This document shows positions 42,657 to 55,668 of a DNA stretch of 64,000 nt, piece by piece. Below the pieces are notes generated by a model. The model had not been told where the DNA came from. It made no database searches and saw nothing but the letters and a program-made list of their open reading frames with translations. Made by a program: the position numbers and the translations under genes. The DNA comes from Eledone cirrhosa (lineage: Eukaryota), in NCBI GenBank assembly GCA_964016885.1, contig OZ024757.1, positions 21,514,001 to 21,578,000 on the forward strand, read 5' to 3'. Within the stretch, counting starts at the first letter, position 1, and the number at the start of each line of letters is the position of its first letter.

Positions 42657-44250
42657 GGGTGTAGTGGTGAGGAGGGTGGTGGTGGTTTTGGTGGTGTAGT
42701 GGTGATGGTGGTGGTGGTGAGTGTGGTGTTGGTGGTGTTGGTGGTGGTGTTGGTGAGGGTGGTGGTGGTGAGGGTGTGGTAGTGGTGTTGGTGGTGTTGG
42801 TGAGGGTGGTGGTGTGGTGGTGGTGTAGTGGTGGTGTTGGTGAGGGTGGTGGTGGTGTAGTGGTGGTGGTGGTGCTGAGGGTGGTGGTGGTGATGAGGGT
42901 GGTGGTGGTGGTGAGAGTGGTGGAGGTGGTGTTGGTGAGGGTGGTGGTGATGAGGGTGGTGGTGGTGTTGGTGAGGGTGGTGGTAGTGTTGGTGAGGGTG
43001 GTGGTAGTGTTGGTATGGGTGGTGATTTAGTGGTGGTGGTGTAGTGGTGGTGGTGTTGATGAGGGTGGTGGTGGTGTTGATGAGGGTGGTGGTGGTGAGG
43101 GTGGTATAGTGGTGGTGGTGTTGGTGAGGGTGATGGGGGGTGGAGGTGGTGTTGGTGAGTGTGGTGGTGGTGTTAGTGGTGTAGTGTTGCTGCTGAGGGT
43201 GGTGGTGGTGTTGGTCAGGGTGATGGTGATTGTGGTGTAGTGGTGGTGGTGGTGGTGATGATGGTGGTGGTGGTGATAGTGTTGATGGTAGTAGTGGTGG
43301 TGGTGGTAGTGATAGCAGTAGTGGCAATAGTAGCAGTGGTTGTAGTAGTAGCAGTGGTTGTAGTAGTAGCAGTAGTTGCAGTGGTTGTAGTAGTGGCAGT
43401 AGTAGCAGTAGTTGTAGTAGTGGCAGTAGTAGCAGTGGTTGTAGTAGTAGCAATAGTGGCAGTAGTAGCAGTAGTTGTAGTAGTGGCAGTAGTAGCAGTA
43501 GTTGTAGTAGTGGCAGTAGTAGCAGTAGTTGTAGTAGTGGCAGTAGTTGCAGTGGTTGTAGTATTGGCAGTAGTTGCAGTGGTTATAGTAGTGGCAGTAG
43601 TAGCAGTGGTTATAGTAGTGGCAGTAGTAGCAATAGTTGCAGTAGTAGCAGTGGTTGTAGTAGTAGCAATAGTGGCAGTAGTTGTAGTGGTAGCAGTAGT
43701 AGTAGTGGTTGTAGTAGTAGCAGTAGTTGCAGTGGTTGTAGTAGTGGCAGTAGTTGCAGGGGTTGTAGTGGTAGCAGTAGTAGCAGTAGTTGTAGTAGTG
43801 GCAGTAGTAGCAGTAGTTGTAGTAGTGGCAGTAGTAGCAGTAGTGGCAGTAGTAGCATTAGTTGTAGTGGTAGCAGTAGTAGCAGTGGTTGTAGTAGTAG
43901 TAATAGTAGTAATAGTGGCAGTAGTAGCAATAGTGGCAGTAGTAGCAGTAGTAGCAATAGTGGCAGTAGTTGTAGTAGTTGCAGTGGTTGTAGTAGTGGC
44001 AGTAGTAGCAGTAGTTGTAGTAGTAGCAGTAGTAGCAGTAGTTGTAGTAGTGGCAGTAGTAGCAGTAGTTGTAGTAGTGGCAGTAGTAGCAGTAGTGGCA
44101 GTAGTAGCATTAGTTGTAGTGGTAGCAGTAGTAGCAGTGGTTGTAGTAGTAGTAATAGTAGTAATAGTGGCAGTAGTAGCAATAGTGGCAGTAGTAGCAG
44201 TAGTAGCAATAGTGGCAGTAGTTGTAGTAGTGGTAGCAGTGGTGGTGGTT
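42657..44250. repeat. (GTG)n then (GTA/GCA)n trinucleotide-derived arrays
   Basis: Direct reading. Confidence 0.95.
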
Positions 44251-44455
44251 GTGCCACATATAGAGGTTTGTTGTCTGATATTGCCATCCCCCATGATACC
44301 AGAGTTACAGTCCATTGGAAGAGAATCAGATTGAATGTTGGTTGTTTGTAGAAATAGTTTCAAGCAGAACCAACACAATACACAGAGGGACATTTAGAGA
44401 ACGCTGATGTACAAGTTGTTGTTGTTGTTGTCAACTGTTTCTTAATCCTGTCACA

Positions 44456-45573
44456 ATACCACCACCACCACCACCACCACCACCACACTAATACCACCAT
44501 CACCACACTACCACAATCACACTGCCACCACCACCACCACCACACTACTACCACCATCACCATACCACCATCACACTGTCACCACCACCACCACCACCCC
44601 CACACTACTACCACCACCACCATACCACCATCACCACACTACCACAATCACACTGCCACCACCACCACCACCACACTACTACCACCATCACCATACCACA
44701 ATCACACTGCCACCACCACCATCACACTGTCACCACCACCACCACACTACTACCACCACCACCACACTACTACCACCACCATACTACCACCACCACCACC
44801 AACACCATACCACCATCACCACACTACCACCACCAACACCATACCACCATCACCACACTGCCACCACCACCACCACCACACTACTACCATCATCACCATA
44901 CCACCATCACACTGTCACCACCACCACCACACTACTACCACCACCACCATACTACCACCACACTACCACCACCACCACACTGCCACCACACTACCACCAC
45001 CACCACACTACTACCACCAAAACCACACTACCACCACTGTCACCACCACACTACCACTACCACCATACCTGTACACTACCACCACCACCACCACCACACT
45101 ACATCACCACCACCACCACTACTACCACCACCACCACACCACCACCACCACACTACCACTATTACCACAGCCCCCATCAACACCACTACCACACCAAACA
45201 CACACACACACATATGTATGTTATTGTCTATATATATGTATATATGTATATATATATATATATATAGACATATATATATATACACACACACACACACATT
45301 TATATATACACAGACAAATAGACATATATATACATCTGCCTGTGTGTGTGTGTACATACACACACATTTATATATATACATACACACACATACACTATAT
45401 ATATATACACACACATACATATTTCACTGTCATTTCTAACTTTGTTCCTCAACAAACTCTACTTTCACTTTTAAACTGAACTGTCATTGAGAAATAGATA
45501 GAATATACTGTGTGTGTGTGTATGTGTGTGTGTGTGTGTGTGTGTGAGTGTATATGTGTGAGTGTGTATGTAT

Positions 45574-45614
<41 letters not shown>

Positions 45615-46370
45615 TGTGTGTGAGTGTGTATGTATGAGTGTGTGTGTGTGTGTGTGTGAGTGTGTGTGAGTGTGTGTGTGTGTGAGCATGTATTTTATAT
45701 TTATATGTGAGCATGTGTATGTGTTTATGTATGTATATGTGAGCATGTGTATGTGTGTATGTATGTATATGTGAGCATGTGTATGTGTGTATGTATATGT
45801 GAGCATGTGTATGTGTGTATGTGTTTATGTATATGTGAGCATGTGTATGTGTGTATGTATATGTGAGCATGTGTATGTGTGTATGTATATGTGAGCATGT
45901 GTATGTGTGTATGTATATGTGAGCATGTGTATGTGTGTATGTGTTTATGTATATGTGAGCATGTGTATGTGTATGTATATGTGAGCATGTGTATGTGTGT
46001 ATGTATATGTGAGCATGTGTATGTGTGTATATATGTATATGTGCATGTGTGGTGTGTATATATGTATATATGCATGTGTAAGTGTGTATATATGTATATG
46101 TGTATGTGTGTACATATGTATATATTTGTATATGTGTATATATGTATATGTGCATGTGTGGGTGTGTATATATGTATATGTGCATGTGTGGGTGTGTATA
46201 TATGTATATATGCATGTGTATGTGTGTATATATGTCTCTGTGCATGTGTGGTTGTGTATATATGTATATATGCATGTGTATGTGTGTATATATGTATATG
46301 TGCATGTGTGGTTGTGTATATATGTATATATGCATGTGTATGTGTGTATATATGTATATGTGCATGTGTT
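44456..46370. repeat. (CAC)n array, then TG-derived 28- and 30-bp minisatellites
   Basis: Direct reading. Confidence 0.92.
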
Positions 46371-46576
46371 TGGGGCCGTGAACTGAATCCTACTTAAACA
46401 GTAGTCTGGTCAAGCGTCTTCTACCATAGCTTTAGGTTCACCCAAGCCTTGAGTGTAATTGTGTAGACAGAAACTGTATGGCAGCCCATCAAATAAAGTG
46501 ACTCTATCTTTAATTCCAAGGTGCAGCTTTGTCAAACTTCATGCCATGTTGTTTTGTCCCCGGGTTTATCTGTTAA

Positions 46577-47509
46577 CCCTTTAGTTTTCAAAACCGGCCA
46601 GAATTCTCTACCTCTTTCTGTTGAAACTGGCTGTAATTGGACACTCATACTGATGTTAAGGTATTGTTCTCAAAATAAATACTTTCAAAATCTCATAGAT
46701 TCGATATTATGTGAGATAATTATTTGAGGGAAAGCATTTACCATGAAAATGTAACAGTATATATAGAGTAATGTGAATGTTATGTGAGATATTATGTGAG
46801 GTAAAGCCTTTACCATGAAAATATAATAGTATATATAGAGTAATGTAAATGTTATGTGAGATATTATGTGAGGTAAAGCCTTTACCATGAAAATATAATA
46901 GTATATATAGAGTAATGTGAATGTTATGTGAGATATTATGTGAGGTAAAGCCTTTACCATGAAAATATAATAGTATATATAGAGTAATGTAAATGTTATG
47001 TGAGATATTATGTGAGGTAAAGCCTTTACCATGAAAATACAATAGTATATATAGAGTAATGTGAATGTTATGTGAGATATTATGTAAGGTAAAGCCTTCA
47101 CCATGAAAATATAATAGTATATATAGAGTAATGTGAATGTTATGTGAGATATTATGTGAGGGAAAGCATTTACCATGAAAATGTAATAGTATATATAGAG
47201 TAATGTGAATGTTATGTGAGATATTATGTGAGGTAAAGCCTTTACCATGAAAATACAATAGTATATATAGAGTAATGTAAATGTTATGTGAGGTATTATG
47301 TGAGGTAAAGCCTTTACCATGAAAATATAATAGTATCTATAGAGTAATGTGAATGTTATGTGAGATATTATGTGAGGTAAAGCCTTTACCATGAAAATAC
47401 AATAGTATATATAGAGTAATGTAAATGTTATGTGAGGTATTATGTGAGGTAAAGCCTTTACCATGAAAATATAATAGTATATATATAGAGTAATGTCAAT
47501 GCTAAAGGG
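46577..47509 (+). mobile_element. piggyBac-like non-autonomous element (copy 3) with ~11 x 72-bp internal array
   Basis: TTAA|CCCTTTAG...GCTAAAGGG|TTAA. Confidence 0.85.
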
Positions 47510-47637
47510 TTAAGGGCAAATATTTCTGTATTCATGTCCAGTTGTTTGAATGAAGTTATGTTGAGCGAAGTCATTTTGCCTATTAAGCGATGTCAGTTTG
47601 TATAAAGCCTAAAAGTCTAAAGTCTGTCTTAAGCCAG

Positions 47638-47890
47638 AAGGTTCATTAGGCCGGTGCTTATCACGGTTTCATGGCATGAAGCGACTGTGAGCACAAGACT
47701 CCCCCCTGGACAGGACTCCAGTCCATCACAGGGTTAAACCTCCAGCTATTACTGGTACTCGTTTTCAGCTGAGTATACTGGAGCAACGTGAAATGAAGTG
47801 TGTTGCTCAAGAACACAACACGCAGCCCAGGCATCGAACCCATGACATTATGATTGTAAGTCCAACACCCTTACCACTAGGCCACTTACC
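47638..47890 (-). mobile_element. CORE-type SINE with a different 3' tail
   Basis: tRNA-like head (gtggcctagtggtaaggg...gggttcgatgcc), CORE-like ttgagcaacacactt...ctcagctg, and a tail unlike family B. Confidence 0.75.
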
Positions 47891-48279
47891 ACCACCACCA
47901 CCACCACCACCACCACCACCACCACCACCACCATCACCAACACTAGCAACACCACCATCACCACCAACAACAACAACACCAGCACCAGCACCACCAGCAC
48001 CCCCCCCCCACCCCAACCCCACCACCACCAGCAACACCACTACCACCAGCAGCAGCAGCAGCAGCAGAAGAAGAAGATGCAGCAGTCGCCAAAATGTCTG
48101 GACTCCATGACAACACATGAAATAACAAAAAACAAGGAAAAACAAGGAAATTAATGTAGGTTTAGTTTGGAATAGTGTTATAATCTGTTCCTATGGAAAC
48201 CAGACATCTTTGGTGGTTGAGAAACTGGGAGTAAACCTACCACCACCACTACTACTACTACTGCTGCTGCTGCTGCTCT

Positions 48280-48310
<31 letters not shown>

Positions 48311-48408
48311 GCTGCTGCTGCAACTACTACTACTACTACTACTACTACTACTGCTGCTGCTGCTGAAACTACTACTACTACTACTACTACTACTACTGTT
48401 GCTGTTCT

Positions 48409-48439
<31 letters not shown>

Positions 48440-48461
48440 GTTGCTGTTCTTACTACTACTA

Positions 48462-48492
<31 letters not shown>

Positions 48493-48563
48493 AACTACTA
48501 CTACTACTACTGCTACTGCTGCTGTTGCTACTACTACTGCTACCGCTACCACTACTACTACTA
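47888..48563. repeat. (CCA)n, (CAG)n and (CTA/CTG)n tracts
   Basis: Direct reading. Confidence 0.9.
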
Positions 48564-48904
48564 AGGCAACATGCCGTAAAACATTGTCGACAAAACATCC
48601 TGTCCAACCCATGTTGCATTGAGGCAAATACCTTTTTGTCTACTCTGGGATTTTTACATAACATTACCTATTGAGTACGCTGAGATGCTACCAGTACTAA
48701 CAGAGAAACCTTACGCAATTCCCATCAACTTATTATATATATAGGTATATATATATATGTGTATCCCTGGTTTAATCGGGGGTAACCACAGTAAGTAAGG
48801 TACTCAATGCATAGAGTATATAACGTTTAATGTAGAAATGGCTTCTACAGGACTAGAACTATTTCATTTGAAGGAAATCATCAAGAAGCCCTGTATAAAT
48901 ATAT

Positions 48905-51415
48905 CATCATCACATCATCACTGTTTTATGTCCATTCCTCCCCGCTAGCATGGGTTAGACGAGTTGTCCTGTTGTGGGCAATGCCAGGTCAGGTGACCAT
49001 GTCTTGCTCATACATAATTGATTTTGGCTTGATTTCTACAGCTGGATGCCCTTCCTAGCACCAACCTCATTTACAGTGAGTGCTGGGTGCTTTTTACCGT
49101 GGTGCCTACACAACCACTTTGTGGACTGGGTGCTTTTTTTGTCATGACACCTACACAACCACTTTACAGTGTGAACAGGTGCATTTTTGTCATGATACCT
49201 ACATGACCAATTTACAGTGTGGACAGGTGTTTTTTTGTCATGACACCTACATGACCAATTTACAGTGTGGACAGGTGTTTTTTTTTTGTCATGACACCTA
49301 CATGACCACTTTACAGTGTGGACAGGTGCTTTTTTTGTCATGATACCTACATGACCAATTTACAGTGTGGACAGGTGCTTTTTTGTCATGATACCTACAT
49401 GACCAATTTACAGTGTGGACAGGTGCTTTTTTTGTCATGATACCTACTTGACCAATTTACAGTGTGGACAGGTGCTTTTTTGTCATGACACCTACACGAC
49501 CAATTTACAGTGTGGACAGGTGTTTTTTTGTCATGATACCTACAAGACCACTTTACAGTGTGGACAGGTGCTTTTTTGTCATGATACCTACATGACCACT
49601 TTACAGTGTGGACAGGTGCTTTTTTGTCATGACACCTACACGACCAATTTACAGTGTGGACAGGTGCTTTTTTGTCATGATACCTACATGACCACTTTAC
49701 AGTGTGGACAGGTGCTTTTTTGTCATGACACCTACACGACCAATTTACAGTGTGGACAGGTGCTATTTTGTCATGATACCTACAAGACCACTTTACAGTG
49801 TGGACAGGTGCTTTTTTGTCATGACACCTACACGACCAATTTACAATGTGGACAGGTGCTTTTTTGTCATGATACCTACATGACCAATTTACAGTGTGGA
49901 CAGGTGCTTTTTTGTCATGACACTTACACGACCACTTTACAGTGTGGACAGGTGCTTTTTTGTCATGACACCTACATGACCACTTTACAGTGTGGACAGG
50001 TGCTTTTTTGTCATGATACCTACATGACCACTTTACAGTGTGGACAGGTGCTTTTTTGTCATGATACCTACATGACCAATTTACAGTGTGGACAGGTGCT
50101 ATTTTGTCATGATACCTACATGACCACTTTACAGTGTGGACAGGTGCTTTTTTGTCATGACACCTACACGACCAATTTACAGTGTGGACAGGTGCTTTTT
50201 TGTCATGATACCTACATGACCAATTTACAGTGTGGACAGGTGCTTTTTTGTCATGACACCTACACGACCACTTTACAGTGTGGACAGGTGCTTTTTTGTC
50301 ATGATACCTACATGACCAATTTACAGTGTGGACAGGTGCTTTTTTGTCATGATACCTACATGACCACTTTACAGTGTGGACAGGTGCTTTTTTGTCATGA
50401 CACCTACATGACCACTTTACAGTGTGGACAGGTGCTTTTTTGTCATGATACCTACATGACCACTTTACAGTGTGGACAGGTGCTTTTTTGTCATGATACC
50501 TACATGACCAATTTACAGTGTGGACAGGTGCTATTTTGTCATGATACCTACATGACCACTTTACAGTGTGGACAGGTGCTTTTTTGTCATGACACCTACA
50601 CGACCAATTTACAGTGTGGACAGGTGCTTTTTTGTCATGATACCTACATGACCAATTTACAGTGTGGACAGGTGCTTTTTTGTCATGACACCTACACGAC
50701 CACTTTACAGTGTGGACAGGTGCTTTTTTGTCATGACACCTACATGACCACTTTACAGTGTGGACAGGTGCTTTTTTTGTCATGACACCTGCACGACCAC
50801 TTTACAGTGGGAGGGGGAGGGGGCATACTGTCTATATGCTTCAGCTACCTGTGGTTAGTCGGATCTTCTGTATTACTGTGTAACACCAGAGATCTCGATC
50901 CTATGTCATCACCTTTGAGAGGTACAATTGGGCAAGATCAGCTTTTCTTGAGTGTCCCCAGTCCAAGGTTTCCATCGACATTTAGTGCCCTGCACCTTTT
51001 TTATGCAGCTGTTATCCTTCATACACACCACATGTCCATACCAACGTAATCTCCTCTACTGCACACAGCATTTGATTCCTCTTATGCTTAGTTTCTCTCT
51101 TAATTCGATTATGCTTTGCTGTTCATGTATATTACTATTACACAACCATCAGAGCATGCAAGCTTTGTTTCCAATCTACACAAGTCTTCTGCAAGCAGCT
51201 CCCAGGTCCCACTATCATGTAACATTGCTGTCTGTATGCACGCATCATACAGTCTGCCTTTCATTTTGAGGGAGAAGCCTTTTGCAGCTAGTAGTGGTAG
51301 TAGCTCCCTGAACTTCTTCCATCCCATTCTTACCCTGGTTACTGTACTTTCAGAACACCCACCTCCGCTGCTAATTCGGTCACCTAGGTAGCAGAAGATA
51401 TGTACTGTTTCTAGC
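48905..51415 (-). mobile_element. RTE LINE 3' portion whose 3' UTR contains an expanded 48-bp minisatellite
   Basis: LETVHIFCYLGDRISSGGGCSES...GWKKFRELLPLL...LKMKGRLY...RRLRWYGHV (51415-50890), then UTR, array and terminal aacccatgctagc...(tga)n. Confidence 0.88.
49116..50808. repeat. 48-bp minisatellite, ~35 copies
   Basis: Unit tttacagtgtggacaggtgcttttttgtcatgatacctacatgaccac. Confidence 0.97.
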
Positions 51416-51575
51416 AAGCCCTCCCAGAATTTGCTATATATATATATAAGAAAGTGAGGTTTTTTTACAAAATGAAAAAAAGACGAGGTATCATACAAGG
51501 TGAAAGTATAAGGAAAAAAGATGAAATCGAAAATGCAACTGGAGTCTTTTTTTTTTTAAATATATATTTATTTGG

Positions 51576-51619
51576 TTCCTTTACCGGTTTCGCAGTTCTT
51601 CTGCTTTTCAAAAGTGGAA
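51576..51619 (-). ncRNA. Minimal hammerhead ribozyme motif, U3-A8 variant
   Basis: Minus strand CUU-UUGAAAA-GCAG(aagaa)CUGC-GAAAC-CG-GUA-AAG. Stem I is CUU/AAG, G10.1-C11.1 is canonical, stem III is the palindrome ACCGGU. Confidence 0.75.
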
Positions 51620-52029
51620 TTGAGATGGAGGGTCTGTGGTTTTTCTCACACACACTATATATGATGTTGTCTAAGAGAAAGACTTCTGTCTGCCGCTGGT
51701 ACCATGTAACCTGGTACAACCTGCTTCATTGGTCTGGTGAGGTGGGTAAGTGGAACCCCAACAGCACAAAAACCAAGAGCTGTTAAAAGGGCAGATGAGC
51801 TCTTCCACTCCAACTATGGGTTAAAAAGCCTCACCAGCTCACAACTAGTGTAGTGAGTAGAGCTATAGCCCTGGAGACATGACCAACACCAAAGAGAAAG
51901 TGGTGGGAGGTCACAGGAGGAGTTTCTCCAACAGAAGTGAGGTCTTGGATTGGAAGGGAAAGGTAGTGAGACCATGGCACAAGTGTTGTCTCAGTTCACA
52001 TATCTACACTATATAGATTGTATACAGAA

Positions 52030-52220
52030 TGGGTGGTGGATTGGCAGTATCGGTAGAGGGTCGGACGCCACGCTTTGCAGCATAGAGTTACGGCCCTTTA
52101 CGGTCTGAGTTCAAATCCCGCCGAGGTTAACTTTGCCTTTCATCCTTACGGGGTCGATAAAATAAAGTACCAGTAATACACTGGATGATTGCTGGCCTTG
52201 TGCCAAAAGTAGAAACAATT
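52030..52220 (+). mobile_element. Full-length SINE family A
   Basis: Consensus match. Confidence 0.93.
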
Positions 52221-52295
52221 ATATATACACTATATACACTGTATATGATGTTGTCGAAAGAAAGAATAGAGCTTGGTCCAAGTGGTGTCAAACTC

Positions 52296-52696
52296 ATATA
52301 TATACATTATATATACACAATATATACATTATATATACACAATATATACATTATATATATATACACTATATACACATTATATATACACTATATACACATT
52401 ATATATACATTATATATACACAACATATACATTATATATACACAATATATACATTACATATACACAATATATACATTATATATACACTATCTATACATTA
52501 TATATACACAATATACACATTATATATACACAATATATACATTATATATACACAATATATACATTATATATACACAATATATACATTATATATACACTAT
52601 CTATACATTATATATACACAATATATACATTATATATACACATATACACAATATGTACATTATATATACACAATATATACATTATATATACACAAT
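52296..52696. repeat. 22-bp AT-rich minisatellite
   Basis: Unit aatatatacattatatatacac. Confidence 0.9.
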
Positions 52697-52901
52697 TTAG
52701 GTAAAGGCAAAGACTGATACAGCTTGGCACCAATGTCAGCATAACTCATTTTTGCCAGTTTAAATTATATCATTTGACATTCTGAGTGTAAATCCTGCAA
52801 CAAAGACCATATATATATGTACATATATATATGTATATATATGTATATATATGTATATATATATGTATATATATATATATATATCCAGACATGTATATAT
52901 A

Positions 52902-53250
52902 TGGAGGCACATGGCTTAGTGGTTAGAGCATTGGCCTTGCAATCGAAAGGTTGTGAGTTCAATTCTCAGACCGGGTGATGTGTTGTTTCCTTGAGCAAGA
53001 CACTTTATTTCACATTGCTCCAGTTTACTCAGCTGTAGAAATGAGATGATAGGGACTGGGGTCCCTATCATTCCACTGCAAAGTGGTCGTGGAGGTGCCA
53101 CGGCAAAAAGGCACCCAGCACTCACTGTAAATGAGGTTGGTGTTAGGAAGGGCATCCAGCTGTAGAAATCAAGCCAGAATCAGTTCCCGTCCCACCCTTG
53201 CAAGCAGGGAAAAGTGGACGTAAAATGAAATGAATGAATGAATGAAATGA
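52902..53250 (+). mobile_element. Full-length SINE family B
   Basis: Consensus match with (tgaa)n tail. Confidence 0.93.
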
Positions 53251-53269
53251 AATCCAGACAGCCTCCAAA

Positions 53270-53432
53270 AGTAATGGTTGTATTTTAAAGGGTACGTCAA
53301 ACCTATTTGTAAAACTGTTATATATTGTATTTTGTCTGATGAAGGCATACCATAATTTAATATGGTATCCCTGAAATATGTATAATGAAATAAATATGGT
53401 TTTATAAATATAGTTTCCATTTATTTAATATC

Positions 53433-53435
<3 letters not shown>
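53270..53435 (+). mobile_element. Penelope-like terminal fragment with hammerhead core and long stem II
   Basis: CTGATGA-AGGCATACCATA(atttaa)TATGGTATCCCT-GAAA at 53336-53376. Confidence 0.6.
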
Positions 53436-53470
<35 letters not shown>

Positions 53471-53477
53471 GTACACT

Positions 53478-53846
53478 GCACATTCGTTGGATGTGCAGTG
53501 TAAATGTGCATGAACGACCCAGCATAAATGTGTTGAGAGAGAAACTGTGTCCGAGAGGGATAGAATGTAGTGTGTGAGAGAGGAGACTGAGGTGGTATGG
53601 ACATGTGATGTGCATGGAGGATGACCGATGGGTGAAGAAGTGCCAGGAAATGCCAGTTGAAGGAAGACGTGGTAGAGGTAGACCACGAAAAACATGGGCG
53701 GAGGTGGTGAGAACAGACCTCAGATCGTTGAAGCTCACGGTGGAGATGACGAAGGACCGTGATGAGTGGAGAGATGCTGTGCTGAATAAGACCCGTCCCA
53801 CCATTGCAAGCAGGGAAAAGCGGACGTAAAATGATGATGATGATGA
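53478..53846 (+). mobile_element. RTE LINE 3' end (short-UTR type)
   Basis: IRWMCSVNVHERPS...RRLRWYGHVMCMEDDRWVKKC...RGRGRPRKTWAEVV...REKRT*, followed by (tga)n. Confidence 0.92.
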
Positions 53847-53847
53847 T

Positions 53848-53878
<31 letters not shown>

Positions 53879-53883
53879 TTATA

Positions 53884-53932
<49 letters not shown>

Positions 53933-54302
53933 ATGTGTGTATATGTTTGTGTGCATGTGTCTATGTATGTATATGTATGTTTAAATGTCTGTGTGCTTGT
54001 GTGTATATGTATCTGTGTTGGCATGTGCATCTGTGCTTCTATGTGTATGTGCATATGTCTTTGTATGTATATGTGTGTTTGAATGTCTGTGTGTTTGTAT
54101 GTATATGTCTGTGTGTTTGTATGTATATGTGTGTACATACAACCATATAATTTTCACATTTATTTTGTTTATTAAGAAACACTTTTTAAAGATAAAAGAA
54201 AACCATGATATTTACACTGAAAACTTTTTGCTTGGTTTCCTGTGTAATAAAAGACACTGGACTGTCTGTCTACTGGTCAGTATGTATGTGTGTGTGTATG
54301 TA

Positions 54303-54333
<31 letters not shown>

Positions 54334-54785
54334 ATGTGTGTGTGTGTGTAAATGTGTATGTATGTGTCTGTCTGTATGTATATATGTATGTGTCTGTCTA
54401 TGTGTGCATGTATATATGTATGTGTCTGTCTATGTGTGCATGTATGCATCTATGTATGTGTATGTATGTGTCTGTGTGTATGCATGTATGTGTGTGTCTG
54501 TATGTATGTATGTATGTGTGTGTGTGTCTGTATGTATGTATGTATGTGTATATATGTCAAGATGATATGGAATGAAGAATTTGACATTTTCAGAAAGGAA
54601 GTAAAAATATAATTGTAACATTTCATATTTAAATTTATACCCCCCACCCCACGCCATCGCAGCCCACCCACCCACTTCCATCACTTCGCCCCCACAAGAA
54701 GCTGCTAGAAATGACGCCACCCCCCGCCAAACACCGTTTCATACTCCCTCCATACTATACAAATATCTACATTATTATTATTAAA

Positions 54786-55202
54786 GGGTGGTGGATTGGC
54801 AGAATCGGTAGAGGGTCGGACACCATGCTAGGGCGGTGGATTGGCAGTATCGGTAGAGGGTCGGACACCATGCTAGGATGGTGGATTGCCAGTATCAGTA
54901 GAGGGTCGGACGCCATGCTAGGGCGGTGGATTGGCAGTATCGGTAGAGGGTCAGACACCATGCTAGGGCGGTGGATTGGCAGTATCAGTAGAGGGTCAGA
55001 CGCCATGCTAGGGTGGTAGATTGGCAGTATCGGTAGAGGGTCGGACACCATGCTTTGCAGCATAGAGCTACGGCCCTTTACGGTCTGAGTTCAAATCCCG
55101 CTGAGGTTAACTTTGCCTTTCATCCTTACAGAGTCGATAAAATAAAGTACCAGTAATGCACTGGGATAATTGCTGGCCTTGTGTCAAAAGTAGAAATAAT
55201 TA
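54786..55202 (+). mobile_element. SINE A with six tandem 45-bp heads
   Basis: gggcggtggattggcagtatcggtagagggtcggacaccatgcta at 54786, 54831, 54876, 54921, 54966 and 55011; the last unit continues into a full SINE. Confidence 0.93.
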
Positions 55203-55668
55203 TCAGCTGTATGCCTTTAAAATCGTTTCTCAGGTATTTTCTGCAGACAACAACAATTCTCCATTATCAGAGCTTGTATGAAAGTCCTGTACCACCTGAT
55301 CATCATTTTTGAATATATGCGAGTGTATGTATGTGTGTGTGCATGTGTGTATGTGCGTGTGTGTGTGTGTGTGTGTGTGCGCGTGTGTGTGTGAAGGTGC
55401 ATGGCTTAGTGGTTAGAGTGTTGAGCTCACAATTTTTGTAAGTAGGTGAGTTTGAATCCCAGAGTGTTGTGTTCTTAAGCAAGACACTTTATCTCACGTT
55501 GTTCCAGCTGTAGAAATGAGTTGTGACATCACTGATGCCAAGCTATGTCAGCCATTACCTTTCCCTTGGGCAACATCGGTGGCGTGAATGTTTATGCAGG
55601 TGTGGTGTGGATGTTTATGCAGGTGTGGTGAGCCACATATATTCTAGCTATTAGAAAGAGCCAAATGA

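Noticed and set aside
49395-50785. 456-462 aa Cys/His-rich ORFs resembling zinc-finger arrays
   Set aside because: They are translations of a 48-bp minisatellite, open on both strands and derived from a LINE UTR, with no C2H2 spacing.
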